Below are positions 41,435 through 51,275 of a stretch of 64,000 nucleotides of DNA, piece by piece. Below the pieces are notes generated by a model. That model searched no databases. It was not told the DNA's origin and worked only from the letters and a program-made list of their open reading frames with translations. Source of the DNA: an uncultured Chlamydiae bacterium (lineage in GTDB: Bacteria; Chlamydiota; Chlamydiia; Chlamydiales; JAJFMB01); contig CAVOJR010000001.1 of the NCBI GenBank assembly GCA_963696295.1, positions 2,592,001-2,656,000 on the forward strand, written 5' to 3'. Positions within the stretch are counted from its first letter, which is position 1, and each line of letters starts with the position of its first letter. The position numbers were made by a program, and so were the translations under genes.

Positions 41435-41508
41435 CGCGGGAGACGGGACTTGAACCCGCAACTTCCGACGTGACAGGCCGGTGCTCTAACCAATTGAACT
41501 ACTCCCGC
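41435..41508 (-). tRNA. tRNA-Asp(GTC)
   Basis: Cloverleaf GCGGGAGTAGTTCAATTGG..CTGTCAC..GTTCAAGTC. Confidence 0.95.
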
Positions 41509-41522
41509 AAAAGAGTATTATT

Positions 41523-41595
41523 TGGGCGCAACAGGACTCGAACCTATGACCGCCTGTGTGTAAGACAGGAGCTCTACCAACTGAGCTATACGCCC
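41523..41595 (-). tRNA. tRNA-Val(TAC)
   Basis: Cloverleaf GGGCGTATAGCTCAG..CTTACAC..GTTCGAGTC. Confidence 0.95.
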
Positions 41596-41674
41596 GAAAT
41601 AAGCATTAAATGTATAGGGTGGCCGGATTTTTGACAAGCAAATTAACGCGCTTTTGTGATATTTTCTATTTCTT

Positions 41675-42115
41675 ATGAGAAAAATTGTGATTTTCATTGT
41701 CGGTTTGTTCCTGCTCACAGGATGCGGTGGGCGTTCTTTTGAGAATTTTCGTGGGCAAGGGGAGGGTATTACCCGTTCGCTTATTCAAGAGATGCAGAAG
41801 ATTCGCACGCGTGAGGAGCTGCTTGCGGCGGGCCCGGAATTAACGTCTCTTTTTTTAGAGCTTGCATCGGTGATGCAAAAAGCGAAGGCCTACCAATTGC
41901 AGCACCCCAAGGAGGAGGCGCCGCCGTTTACGGAATTCAATCACGCCTTGAGCGATCAGCTGCGCCAGGAGTTAAACCGGCTGTACGCGATAGATGGGGG
42001 AAGGGAGGTTATGGAGGGGTATCAGAGGGAGGGGTTAGAGGCGCTAAGAAGCGGGAGCATTACGAGCGGCACAAGCAGCACTAGCGGCACTGCAAGCAGT
42101 ACGAGCGTCGGGTAG
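41675..42115 (+). CDS. Hypothetical lipoprotein
   Basis: LLTGC lipobox; Ser/Thr-rich tail. Confidence 0.8.
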   Translation: MRKIVIFIVGLFLLTGCGGRSFENFRGQGEGITRSLIQEMQKIRTREELLAAGPELTSLFLELASVMQKAKAYQLQHPKEEAPPFTEFNHALSDQLRQELNRLYAIDGGREVMEGYQREGLEALRSGSITSGTSSTSGTASSTSVG

Positions 42116-42245
42116 AAGGCGAGGGGCGATCTTCTTTCGAAGGAGCGAGGGGGAACGTTCCCCCTCGCGCTCCCCCTGCTCCCGCCTTCAGGTAACGACC
42201 CCGGGTTTGTGTCGATTGTAACTTGTTGGGGGTGGGTTCATTACC

Positions 42246-42600
42246 TTCAGTTGGGGTATATTTTTCTTTAGAATGAAGCTTGGTTGGTTTGGAGCCGAGG
42301 GGGAAGGTTTATTCAGTTGGGGTATTTTTTTCTTTAGAAGGAAGCTTGGTTGGTTTGGGGGTAGGGGGGGGAGGTTTCTTCAGTTGGGGTATATTTTTCT
42401 TTAGAAGGAAGCTTGGTTGGTTTGGGGGTAGGGGGGAGGTTTCTTCAGTTGGAGTATATTTTTCTTTAGAAGGAAGCTTGGTTGGTTTGGGGGTAGGGGG
42501 AGGTTTCTTCAGTTGGGGTATATTTTTCTTTAGAAGGAAGCTTGGTTGGTTTGGGGGTAGGGGGGGAGGTTTCTTCAGTTGGGGTGTATTTTTTTTTAGA
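42246..42600. repeat. G-rich tandem repeat of about 66 bp (5 full copies plus 1 partial)
   Basis: Units start at 42246, 42312, 42379, 42444, 42508 and 42574; length differences lie in G runs. Confidence 0.9.
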
Positions 42601-42635
42601 AAGAAGTCGGTGGCTAAATTTTTCTTTTGAAGTCT

Positions 42636-43424
42636 TTAAGAGGGAGTGTGAAACTGATTCTCAAAATGATCCCTTTTGTCTGCCAAATGCTCATGATCCG
42701 TCAACTCCCCCACATGGATCGGCACCGCCGTCATATACCCCTTCTGCAACCAAGCCACATCACTGTCCTGATGCTCCAGATACTCTTTCAACTTGACCCC
42801 AATCCAATAATACTCCCTCTCCATACCAGGATGCTTCCGCTTATCCGGATTCTCACCCCAGTACTGCTTCCCTTGCCGTGTAAATTTAAAACCTTTTATC
42901 GGCCCATGACTACTAGATGGGAAATTGACATTTAAGAATGTACCCTCAGGCATCGGATGATCCAATACATGCCTGACCACTTTCAAAATATGCCTTTCCG
43001 CCTCAGCATAGTTGGGATTTTCAAAGTCATAACAGGAAAAAGCTATGCCAGGTATATCATGCATCACTCCTTCTATAACTCCACCCACTGTCCCGCTATA
43101 AAGCACATTGCGGCCGGAATTGGCGCCGCGATTAATCCCCGATACAATCAAATCAGGGGGACTCTCCATCACATACGCCAACGCTAACTTGACGCAGTCC
43201 GCCGGTGTGCCGTTGACGCTATAAGCTCTAGCCTCTAAGGGCCAATTCACCTTCACTAAATTTAACGGGGTATGGCAGCTGACGCATAATCCAACTCCCG
43301 ATTGCTCATGTGCAGGCGCTGTAATCGTTACATTATAGAAATCTTTTAACGCATTCCAGAGATGGTAGATGCCAGGAGTCTGAATCCCGTCATCATTGGT
43401 GATTAATATATGGGGTTTTTTCAT
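42636..43424 (-). CDS. surE: 5'/3'-nucleotidase SurE
   Basis: ILITNDDG, GTPADCV, SGINRGAN and YSGTVG. Confidence 0.96.
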   Translation of the reverse strand: MKKPHILITNDDGIQTPGIYHLWNALKDFYNVTITAPAHEQSGVGLCVSCHTPLNLVKVNWPLEARAYSVNGTPADCVKLALAYVMESPPDLIVSGINRGANSGRNVLYSGTVGGVIEGVMHDIPGIAFSCYDFENPNYAEAERHILKVVRHVLDHPMPEGTFLNVNFPSSSHGPIKGFKFTRQGKQYWGENPDKRKHPGMEREYYWIGVKLKEYLEHQDSDVAWLQKGYMTAVPIHVGELTDHEHLADKRDHFENQFHTPS

Positions 43425-43432
43425 AGATACTA

Positions 43433-44509
43433 TTATACCTCAAATGGCATTTGAAAATCAAACAAGAGTTGTTGATATTCTTCTTTTGAGAAATGGCTGG
43501 TGGTGATCCCAACCAGCCTTACTTTAATCCTGCCGGCTTCGGTCTTGTGCAATAAATGCCTGGCAAGGGCAAAAATAGTCTCTTTATCCTGAAACGGGTA
43601 ATCCAAAGTCCGTGATCTGGTCAGGGTTATAAAGTTAAAATAACGGAGTTTTAACGTGACAGTTTTGCAAAATAAATTTTTTTTCCTTAGGTCCTGTTCC
43701 AGCTCATCTGCCAGATCCTCCAGCACTTCATAGAGTGTGCCTATTTCGAGGATATCGGACTGAAAGGTCGTTTCAGTGCCGAGCGACTTTCTGATCCGGA
43801 GGGGGTTTACCGGCCGGTCGTCTTGACAATGGGCCATTTTGAAGAAAAAATGTCCGATTTTCCCAAAGTTTTTGATCAATTTTTCCAGGCCGGCTTCTTT
43901 CAGGTCTTTCCCGGTATGGATCCCTAAAGCGGCCATTTTCTCCTCGGTGACCTGCCCTATCCCGTGGAATTTTTTGATCGGCAGGGCGTCAATGAATTGG
44001 GGGGCTAGCTCGGGGGTGATGACGGTCAGGCCGTCCGGTTTTTGCCATTCGGAGGCGATTTTGGCGAGAAACTTGTTAAACGAGACTCCGGCCGAGGCTT
44101 TCAGTTCCAGCTCCCTGAAAATTTGATTTTTCAGCTCTTTTGCCAAGTGGGTGGCGGAATGGGCGTGGGTGACGTCGAGGTAGGCTTCATCAAGCGAGAG
44201 GGGCTCTATCAGGTCGGTGTGTTGCTTGAAAATGGTGCGGATTTGGCCGGATACGGCCGAGTAAACGGAAAATCTGGGTGTGATAAAGATTCCTGAGGGG
44301 CAGAGTTTATAGGCTTGTCTCGAGGGCATGGCTGAGCGCACGCCAAACTTGCGCGCTTCATAGGAGCAGGTAGCCACCACCCCTCTTTGATCGGGAGGGG
44401 AGCTGACGATGACCGGCTTGCCTCTCAAGTGGGGGTTGTCCCTCTGCTCGACTGAAGCGTAAAAGGCGTCCATGTCTACATGAATGATTTTTCTAGTAAA
44501 TGTACTCAT
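43433..44509 (-). CDS. dinB: DNA polymerase IV
   Basis: HVDMDAFYASVE, SYEARKFGVRSAM and SLDEAYLD. Confidence 0.96.
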   Translation of the reverse strand: MSTFTRKIIHVDMDAFYASVEQRDNPHLRGKPVIVSSPPDQRGVVATCSYEARKFGVRSAMPSRQAYKLCPSGIFITPRFSVYSAVSGQIRTIFKQHTDLIEPLSLDEAYLDVTHAHSATHLAKELKNQIFRELELKASAGVSFNKFLAKIASEWQKPDGLTVITPELAPQFIDALPIKKFHGIGQVTEEKMAALGIHTGKDLKEAGLEKLIKNFGKIGHFFFKMAHCQDDRPVNPLRIRKSLGTETTFQSDILEIGTLYEVLEDLADELEQDLRKKNLFCKTVTLKLRYFNFITLTRSRTLDYPFQDKETIFALARHLLHKTEAGRIKVRLVGITTSHFSKEEYQQLLFDFQMPFEV

Positions 44510-46307
44510 CGGCTATTTGACGTTTATCATATCCGTCTAAAACGTGAAAAGCTCGAATTTTGTTGATCTTGATCGGTGAGAGCTGGCCGATGGGCAAAAA
44601 GACGATTTTCTTACCGTAGCGGCTCGCGAAACTTTTGAAGGCCGTGCGCGGGGGCTTGCTCGCCACATAGACAATCAGGGGCTTTACGGCGTAATCGATG
44701 GCAGCCATCAACAGCACTTCCGGTTTGGAGCGGCATGTTTCGTAATCGGGATCTGACCAGACATCGAACAGGCGGCGGGGAGGGTATGACATCATAAAAC
44801 CCCCATACTCACAGCGGCTGATGCCCGGTCCTACCACATTGGCCTGGACCGAGGTGGCGTAAAAGGCCATATCCGATTCTTGCGTATGCTCCCCGAGCCA
44901 AGTCGTTTTCCAGGGGTATTTCTCATCGTATTTTTTCCCTTCTTCCTGGGAATCCTCGTCAAAAATGATCACAATCGAGCCGACCCCGCCGGGAGGTTTG
45001 CCCCGGACCTTGACATAGATTTTCTTTTCGTGCCAGTGGCGGATCGTTTCCCTTGTGTCAATGCCATCTTCAATGCTTGTGCTGAAAGGAACCGTTCGAG
45101 CGGCGTCATCGGTGAAAATTTGCGTCCCTTTCTTTTTTAAAAACTCGGCAAAACCTTCCACCACCAAATCTTCGGGAGGATAGGAGCAGATGGCAAAGGG
45201 GCCGGGAGGGGTGAAGCGGATTTGAGAGCGGTCTTTACCCCGCTTCCTGAAGCCAAAGGGCTTGCGGCTTTGCTCTTTGCGGTGGAAGCGGATGATTTTG
45301 CTTTTGCCCCAGACATCTTCGACGGTCAAGTTGAGCTCCTGGAGATTGTCGGTATTTTTCCGGTAGGGGTATTCGGTGGCGATATTCCAGACTTCATAGG
45401 CAAAATTGTGGTCGACGCATCCCTTGGAGGCGGATAGAATTTGGAACAGATCGGGCATGAGCTGGTGGTTGATCAGGGCGTAATTGCGCAGGAATTTCAT
45501 GATATTGCGATAATTGTAGCGGGGGAACGGGTTTCCGGTCGCTTGCACATATTTATCGGCTGCTTCATTGAGCAAATGGAGGATCAGTTTTTGCCTGTCG
45601 GGTAGTTTAGCCATCTCCTCACGTTCATTTTCATACTGGCAGGTCATCCAGGGAAATTCAGCCATCACTTCTCTGCAGGAGGCTTCCGACAAAGTACATA
45701 ATTGAACGCTTTCGCGGCTGACGGGGTTCAGAGTCGGAAAATGGTTTCTGTCGATAAGTTCCAAAATGCGCGCGATATGGGCCATGCCGCCGACGAACAA
45801 AACGGAATCGTGAAGAAGCGACAGCTCCTTCAGCCTCTTGGCCATATACATTTCCCGTTCGGCGTCGTGATGGGTTTTAATCACTCCGTGGGTGCGGCAA
45901 TGATTCTGATAGGCTTCGTAGAAGCTCTTAAGGCCAACCCTTTGAATCGCATAAGGATCTGGAATAGGTTCTCTGATATTGGGGTACTGGTCGACGTCCA
46001 GATCGATGCAATAGGCGGGAATGCCCCTTTCAAGAGCCGAGCGCAACCCCTCGAAAGCCGCTTCGCAGGGCTCGGCGAGATAAAACTGGGGAGCCCCCTG
46101 GGCGCTTTCCATCATCACAATGCTGATGTCGGGGAGCCTTGAGGCGGCGTGCAGCAATGGCAGTTGGATTGTTTCAGCGAGTTCAACAGCGACGCAGGCC
46201 GGTTTCAGCTCCAAAAAGGCAAGCCGGACTTGCGCCGCCATTTCCATATTGTAGTGGGTGACGGGAACGGCGTAGATGTTGTTCTTCTGAATGTAAAAAG
46301 GTTTCAT
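44493..46307 (-). CDS. Hypothetical protein (TraB/Tiki-like N-terminus), partner of the MoxR-like ATPase
   Basis: VAVEL; REMYMAKRL..VLFVGGMAH; GIDTRETIRH; ATGA-coupled to the AAA gene. Confidence 0.6.
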   Translation of the reverse strand: MKPFYIQKNNIYAVPVTHYNMEMAAQVRLAFLELKPACVAVELAETIQLPLLHAASRLPDISIVMMESAQGAPQFYLAEPCEAAFEGLRSALERGIPAYCIDLDVDQYPNIREPIPDPYAIQRVGLKSFYEAYQNHCRTHGVIKTHHDAEREMYMAKRLKELSLLHDSVLFVGGMAHIARILELIDRNHFPTLNPVSRESVQLCTLSEASCREVMAEFPWMTCQYENEREEMAKLPDRQKLILHLLNEAADKYVQATGNPFPRYNYRNIMKFLRNYALINHQLMPDLFQILSASKGCVDHNFAYEVWNIATEYPYRKNTDNLQELNLTVEDVWGKSKIIRFHRKEQSRKPFGFRKRGKDRSQIRFTPPGPFAICSYPPEDLVVEGFAEFLKKKGTQIFTDDAARTVPFSTSIEDGIDTRETIRHWHEKKIYVKVRGKPPGGVGSIVIIFDEDSQEEGKKYDEKYPWKTTWLGEHTQESDMAFYATSVQANVVGPGISRCEYGGFMMSYPPRRLFDVWSDPDYETCRSKPEVLLMAAIDYAVKPLIVYVASKPPRTAFKSFASRYGKKIVFLPIGQLSPIKINKIRAFHVLDGYDKRQIADEYIY

Positions 46308-47158
46308 GTCGCATACACTAGCGCTTCGTCGCCAAGGGTCATGACGATGGCCTGCCTAAGCAGATTATCGACCTGATTGTGGCCGGTATTTAAGCTTTTG
46401 ATTCTTTTGGCCGCATACCTTGCGATATTGATTCCGTCTCTGATCGTGTAATTTTCGTGGCTCATATGGGCGCGCTGCAAAAAGTTGACGATATAGTCCA
46501 TGATATAGTCATCGACGAAGGGGAGATTTTCGTGCAGGATGCGCCGCTCTTCGTCCGCTTCGGGGAAGTCGAGGTAAATCTGCGGCTGCAGGCGGCTGTG
46601 GATATATTCCGGGATTTCGAAAGTCGAGGCATCGTCGTTCATGGTGACGCAAATGCGGAAATCGTCATGCGCCGAAACTTTCAGGCCAGCGACGATCGAC
46701 TCGATGTAGCGCCTCGTATCCAAGAGGGGAGCTAGCGAGGCCCACGATTTTTCGCTCATCCGGTTTGCTTCGTCGAGGATGCAGACGCCCCCTTTGATCA
46801 TCGCGGTGACTAAAGCGGAGGCGACGTAGCGGATGCCCCCGTTTTTGTCGACGACAGGAGTGATAAGCAGGTCTTCAGGCCTTGTGTCCATCGTGCATTG
46901 AAAGATATAGACTTCCCGATGCAGTCTTTTGGCGGCGGCATAGGCCAAAGTGGTTTTGCCGACGCCCGGCTTTCCGATCAATCTCGGGTTTAAAGGGATA
47001 TCATCCGGGTCGATCACGAGCCAGGAAGCCAGCAGCTGGTCCATCACATCCTGCTGTCCAATCCATTCGAATTTGAGTTCATCCGGGAATCCAAGAGCCA
47101 GTTCGACCCCTTGGATAGTGATGCGGCTTTCATGTTCGTTCGGGTTTGGATTTCGCAT
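46304..47158 (-). CDS. MoxR-like AAA+ ATPase (AAA_5)
   Basis: GKPGVGKT, ILDEANR and FRICVTMN. Confidence 0.88.
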   Translation of the reverse strand: MRNPNPNEHESRITIQGVELALGFPDELKFEWIGQQDVMDQLLASWLVIDPDDIPLNPRLIGKPGVGKTTLAYAAAKRLHREVYIFQCTMDTRPEDLLITPVVDKNGGIRYVASALVTAMIKGGVCILDEANRMSEKSWASLAPLLDTRRYIESIVAGLKVSAHDDFRICVTMNDDASTFEIPEYIHSRLQPQIYLDFPEADEERRILHENLPFVDDYIMDYIVNFLQRAHMSHENYTIRDGINIARYAAKRIKSLNTGHNQVDNLLRQAIVMTLGDEALVYAT

Positions 47159-47209
47159 AAGTAGCTCCTGAAATTATATAGACAAATGATGATAGCACGC
47201 GGTCTAATT

Positions 47210-47950
47210 TCAGGGAACTACTGCTTTTTTTGAGCCGTATCTCAAACCGGCGTTGGCGATGTTTTCCCGGGCATTAGGATAGAGCTCTTCAATTTCACTC
47301 AGCAGCTGATCCACCTTTTTCCGCATCGAATTTTGTCCTACGGGGCATTGACAGGTGATGCGGCGGAACTGATGCTGGCCGGCGAAAGTGGCGATCTCTT
47401 TTTCTTCCACATAGATGAGCGGGCGGATAATGGTGATGCCGTAATCGGTCATTTCCAGTTTCGGCAAATTGCCGGCGAATTCCCCTTTGTGGAGCAGGTT
47501 CATCAAAATCGTCTGGGCGTTGTCGTCCCGGTGATGTCCGAAGGCCACGGTCGTCGCTCCCACTTCCCTGGCTGCCTCGAAGATTAAAGAGCGCCTTTTT
47601 CGCGAGCAGCTGTAGCATTCGAGCTTATCCAGGCTTTGGTCGGCGTGGCGGCGTAAATAGGGGACTTCCAATTCATCGCAGATGCTTTTCAGATAGTCCT
47701 GATTGAGTCCAGCTCCGCAGGAGAAGGCGCCGGACACATGAATGGCGAAAAGTTCGCAGTCGGGAAAGCCCCGGCCTAAAATGGCTTTCAGCATAAAGAG
47801 CAGAGTGAGGCTGTCTTTCCCGCCGCTTAGGGCGATGGCGAGTTTGGAGACTCCTTCGAGCATCTTAAAGTCAAATAAAGATTTCCTTATTTTGCTTTCG
47901 ATGAGTTTGCCAAGCTTTGTCCATGGGGGTCTGGCTACGGGCAGCTGCAT
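47210..47950 (-). CDS. ttcA: tRNA 2-thiocytidine synthesis protein (PP-loop)
   Basis: SGGKDS, CYSC, GHHRDD, IIRPL and CQCP. Confidence 0.88.
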   Translation of the reverse strand: MQLPVARPPWTKLGKLIESKIRKSLFDFKMLEGVSKLAIALSGGKDSLTLLFMLKAILGRGFPDCELFAIHVSGAFSCGAGLNQDYLKSICDELEVPYLRRHADQSLDKLECYSCSRKRRSLIFEAAREVGATTVAFGHHRDDNAQTILMNLLHKGEFAGNLPKLEMTDYGITIIRPLIYVEEKEIATFAGQHQFRRITCQCPVGQNSMRKKVDQLLSEIEELYPNARENIANAGLRYGSKKAVVP

Positions 47951-48032
47951 AAAAGTCCTTTAAAAAAATGATAAGTTATTTTATACTTTGGTAACTCTAA
48001 AGTCAAGATGAACAAAGGTTTGAAAAAAAATT

Positions 48033-48260
48033 ATGTCAGAAAAAATTGGAAGAAACGATCCTTGTCCATGCGGATCGGGAAAAAAATATAAGCAGTGCTG
48101 CCTGGCGAAGAAGAAGATGGGATTGAAGGGGATGAATGTGAAGTGGCTGAGCAAGCCTCAGGACAAAACGCCTCCGAATTTGCTTGAAAGAACCTTCGGA
48201 AAGGCGATTGAGGGGACGAAAGAGAGCGAGTATGAACAAAAAAATGAGGCAAGTGAGTAA
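48033..48260 (+). CDS. SEC-C motif small protein
   Basis: [18 protein letters not shown]. Confidence 0.85.
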   Translation: MSEKIGRNDPCPCGSGKKYKQCCLAKKKMGLKGMNVKWLSKPQDKTPPNLLERTFGKAIEGTKESEYEQKNEASE

Positions 48261-48308
48261 AATACTTGTATCAAAATTTCCCATTTTGATATAACTTGCG
48301 CTTAATCG

Positions 48309-48381
<73 letters not shown>

Positions 48382-48389
48382 ACCCATCA

Positions 48390-48471
48390 GGGGGTGTCGC
48401 ATAGCGGCAATTGCAAGGGACTGTAAATCCCTCGACTTCGGTCTTCGCTGGTTCGAGTCCAGCCGCCCCCA
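48390..48471 (+). tRNA. tRNA-Tyr(GTA), probable integration site
   Basis: Anticodon loop CTGTAAA; long variable arm; integrase about 285 bp downstream. Confidence 0.95.
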
Positions 48472-48755
48472 ATCCCTTGATAAACTAAGACTTAAGACAC
48501 AAATAAGTTACCAGTTTTTCGTTCTAAAGTGTGGAAATTCCCCACTTTTTCCCCAATGACACACAACAAAACGCGACAAAGTACAAACCTTTCGGAATCG
48601 CATGTTGTTAGTAAGTTTCTATTTTAGTGTGGAAAAATTGGGGAAAACCACTATTCTTCCCCCCATTGAAACATGTTTTTACGAGACAAAATCTTTCAAC
48701 AAGCAAGGGAATCGTAATCCCTTGACCGTGTTTTTTTGAGGAAAAAGGAGAAGAA

Positions 48756-49814
48756 ATGGCTTCGATCAAAATGAAAAAAGATAAAGATGGAAAAGTGCGC
48801 TTTTATGTGCAAGTGCGCATAAAAGGGTATCCCCAGCAAAATGCGGCATTTACAAGAAAGACCGATGCTGAAAGGTGGATTCAACAAACTGAGGCCGCGA
48901 TCCGGGAGGGTCGCCACTTTAAGACAGTGGAAGCGAAAAAGCATAGCGTTGGCCAAATGATCGATCGCTACATCAGAGATGTTCTGCCTACCAAGAAAAG
49001 GTCGGAGAAAAAGCAAACATCACAGCTTAACTGGTGGAAGGAGCGGATCGGCCATTGCCTATTATCTGATGTGACGCCAGCATTGATCGCCGAGCAAAGA
49101 GATTTTTTGCTTAAGGGCAAGACTATGAGAGGCAGTATCAGGAGCTCATCCACAGTTGTGCGGTATATGGCAGCTCTTTCCCACTCCTTTTCGATTGCGA
49201 TGAGAGAATGGGGTTGGATAGAAGATTCACCCTGCCGGAAAGTTTCAAAGCCCAAAGAGCCTCGCGGAAGAGTTCGCTTCCTCAACGAAGAAGAGAGGAT
49301 TTCATTGCTCCAAGCTTGTCGAGATAGTGAGAATCCCTATCTTTTCATCATCGTGGTTTTGACGCTTTCATGCGGCTTTAGGCAAGCAGAAGTGATGAAT
49401 TTGAAATGGAGCGCTATCGACCTGCAAAGGGGGCGCATAGTGCTGCACGAAACTAAAAATGGCGAAATTCGACAAGCGCCACTCGCCGGACTTGCTCTTG
49501 AATTGGTTGCTGCACTAGATAAAGTTAGAAGAATCGATACCCAGCTGCTATTTCCTGGGAAGTTTCCTAAGAAACCCATCATTATCCGCACTGCGTGGCT
49601 AAATGCATTGAAAAAAGCAAACATCGAGGACTTTCGATTTCATGACTTACGCCATTCGACAGCAAGTTATTTAGCCATGAATGGCGCAACCTTAGCTGAA
49701 ATTGCCGAGGTGCTCGGACATAAGACCTTGGCGATGGTCAAAAGATACGCTCACATTTCGGATACTCACACCTCGAAAGTGGTAGCTGATATGAATCAAA
49801 AAATATTTGGATAA
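48756..49814 (+). CDS. int: Tyrosine recombinase/integrase
   Basis: CGFRQAEV, TKNG, FHDLRH, LGHK and RY catalytic residues; AAGGAG SD. Confidence 0.95.
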   Translation: MASIKMKKDKDGKVRFYVQVRIKGYPQQNAAFTRKTDAERWIQQTEAAIREGRHFKTVEAKKHSVGQMIDRYIRDVLPTKKRSEKKQTSQLNWWKERIGHCLLSDVTPALIAEQRDFLLKGKTMRGSIRSSSTVVRYMAALSHSFSIAMREWGWIEDSPCRKVSKPKEPRGRVRFLNEEERISLLQACRDSENPYLFIIVVLTLSCGFRQAEVMNLKWSAIDLQRGRIVLHETKNGEIRQAPLAGLALELVAALDKVRRIDTQLLFPGKFPKKPIIIRTAWLNALKKANIEDFRFHDLRHSTASYLAMNGATLAEIAEVLGHKTLAMVKRYAHISDTHTSKVVADMNQKIFG

Positions 49815-49818
49815 AGAA

Positions 49819-50691
49819 ATGGAAAGCAAATATTTACTGATACCTCCTTCGTTCAAAGAACTTTTGAATCTGGAATATATTGGGATTCACGAGGCTGCGT
49901 TCCTGCTTTGTGACTGGCCAACACATGAGGGTGAACATTACTTCCCAAATCCCATGGAGCCGTTTAACCCTAAGGAATATGACGGCCGATTTAACCTGAT
50001 TTTCAGCGAGCTGAATAATGCTGTCACCTATAGAGAACTTCACTGCAAAAGATATACTGCTATCCTCGGGGTAGCTTTAAGTGTGAGGCCATACGATGTG
50101 ATTATCTGGGCTCTTCTTAAGAATAAGATTTTGCCAAAACCACTTCAAGCGGTCCTTGGACTTTCCCAGATGCCAAGCTCTGACTTCAATAGATCACGGA
50201 ATGCCTTTATCAACAAAGTTATCTTCCAATGTCTTTTTGTATCAGCTGCAGACGATCAAAGAGAAGACTTGCGCTACTACATTGATCATCCTTGGCTGCA
50301 AAAGAGGGGCTATATGGATGAAATAGAAAAGAAAGCACTCAAGGGACATCTGTTTGAGGCAATCAATTTTAAAGCAGATAAAGGGGGAAAATTGTCGAAG
50401 TATCTGTTGTCGATCACCAGGCTTGAAGAGGTTTTGAATCCTTTGGGGGAATACAACATCCTGGCATTGAAATTACTTATTGAAATTGTCTGCAATTTTG
50501 TTTTGCTTAAAGAAGTGGAGTTCACTCAAGAATCATTTGCGAAGGAAATCCACAATTACTCTGTATGCGCCCCTTATTTCAAGGAAGCCCCGCCTATTTT
50601 ACACAGGATACTAGTGATGATTTGCAAGGAGTTTGTCTGGAAAAGTCCAGTCGTGTATCAACCTGAACATAAACGAAAATTGGAGGAATGA
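49819..50691 (+). CDS. Hypothetical protein
   Basis: About 290-aa ORF directly after int. Confidence 0.7.
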   Translation: MESKYLLIPPSFKELLNLEYIGIHEAAFLLCDWPTHEGEHYFPNPMEPFNPKEYDGRFNLIFSELNNAVTYRELHCKRYTAILGVALSVRPYDVIIWALLKNKILPKPLQAVLGLSQMPSSDFNRSRNAFINKVIFQCLFVSAADDQREDLRYYIDHPWLQKRGYMDEIEKKALKGHLFEAINFKADKGGKLSKYLLSITRLEEVLNPLGEYNILALKLLIEIVCNFVLLKEVEFTQESFAKEIHNYSVCAPYFKEAPPILHRILVMICKEFVWKSPVVYQPEHKRKLEE

Positions 50692-50788
50692 TTTACCATG
50701 AGATGTCTATTCTTAGAAAGTTGCTGGGTGTTGTATTTTGTTTTGCAGAGCTTTGAATTGTTTCAGGGCTAAGAAAAGGAGAAGAAGA

Positions 50789-51010
50789 ATGACAGAAAAA
50801 AATAGATTTTTGACATGTGCGCAATGGGTTAAGGAGCATAGTTGGCCACCGGCTGGCGGCTTAAGACATTTGATTTTTTTTGCAGAACAAAATGGCTTCA
50901 GCAAAGTCATTCGGCGCGTTGGCCGGAGGGTGCTGATCAGTGAAAAAGACTTTTTTGAATGGATGGAAACAAGCAACCACGATAAGGAGCAATTATCCGC
51001 AATAAAGTAA
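50789..51010 (+). CDS. Excisionase/AlpA-like small DNA-binding protein
   Basis: AAGGAG SD; GLRHLIF..IRRVGRRVLI..FFEW winged-helix pattern. Confidence 0.65.
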   Translation: MTEKNRFLTCAQWVKEHSWPPAGGLRHLIFFAEQNGFSKVIRRVGRRVLISEKDFFEWMETSNHDKEQLSAIK

Positions 51011-51123
51011 TAGGGAATACATTTTTTAGTTGAAAAAGATAAATATTTTCTTATGTAAAAAAATTGAAATTTGATAAAATATAATAATTTAATAAGGAGT
51101 GGTTCATGCAGGGTGATGCAGAG

Positions 51124-51200
51124 AAAAAAAAGCCATGAAGAAGTTACAGCTTCATCATGGCGCGAAAAGATACCGAACGTATTCTTTCTCTGCCTCAGAT
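51124..51200 (-). ncRNA. Predicted antisense RNA of about 77 nt
   Basis: Minus-strand TGCTATAAT (51207-51215) and a terminator hairpin followed by T8 (51124-51161). Confidence 0.55.
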
Positions 51201-51275
51201 TAACATATTATAGCAATCGATTCAATTCGAATCATTACTCACCCCTGCATGGATCTCTTTTAAAAAGAGGTGACC

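Noticed and set aside
42246..42630. CRISPR array, or the + strand 116-aa ORF at 42280-42630
   Set aside because: It is a pure tandem repeat without spacers, and the ORF is a by-product of the G/T-rich repeat.
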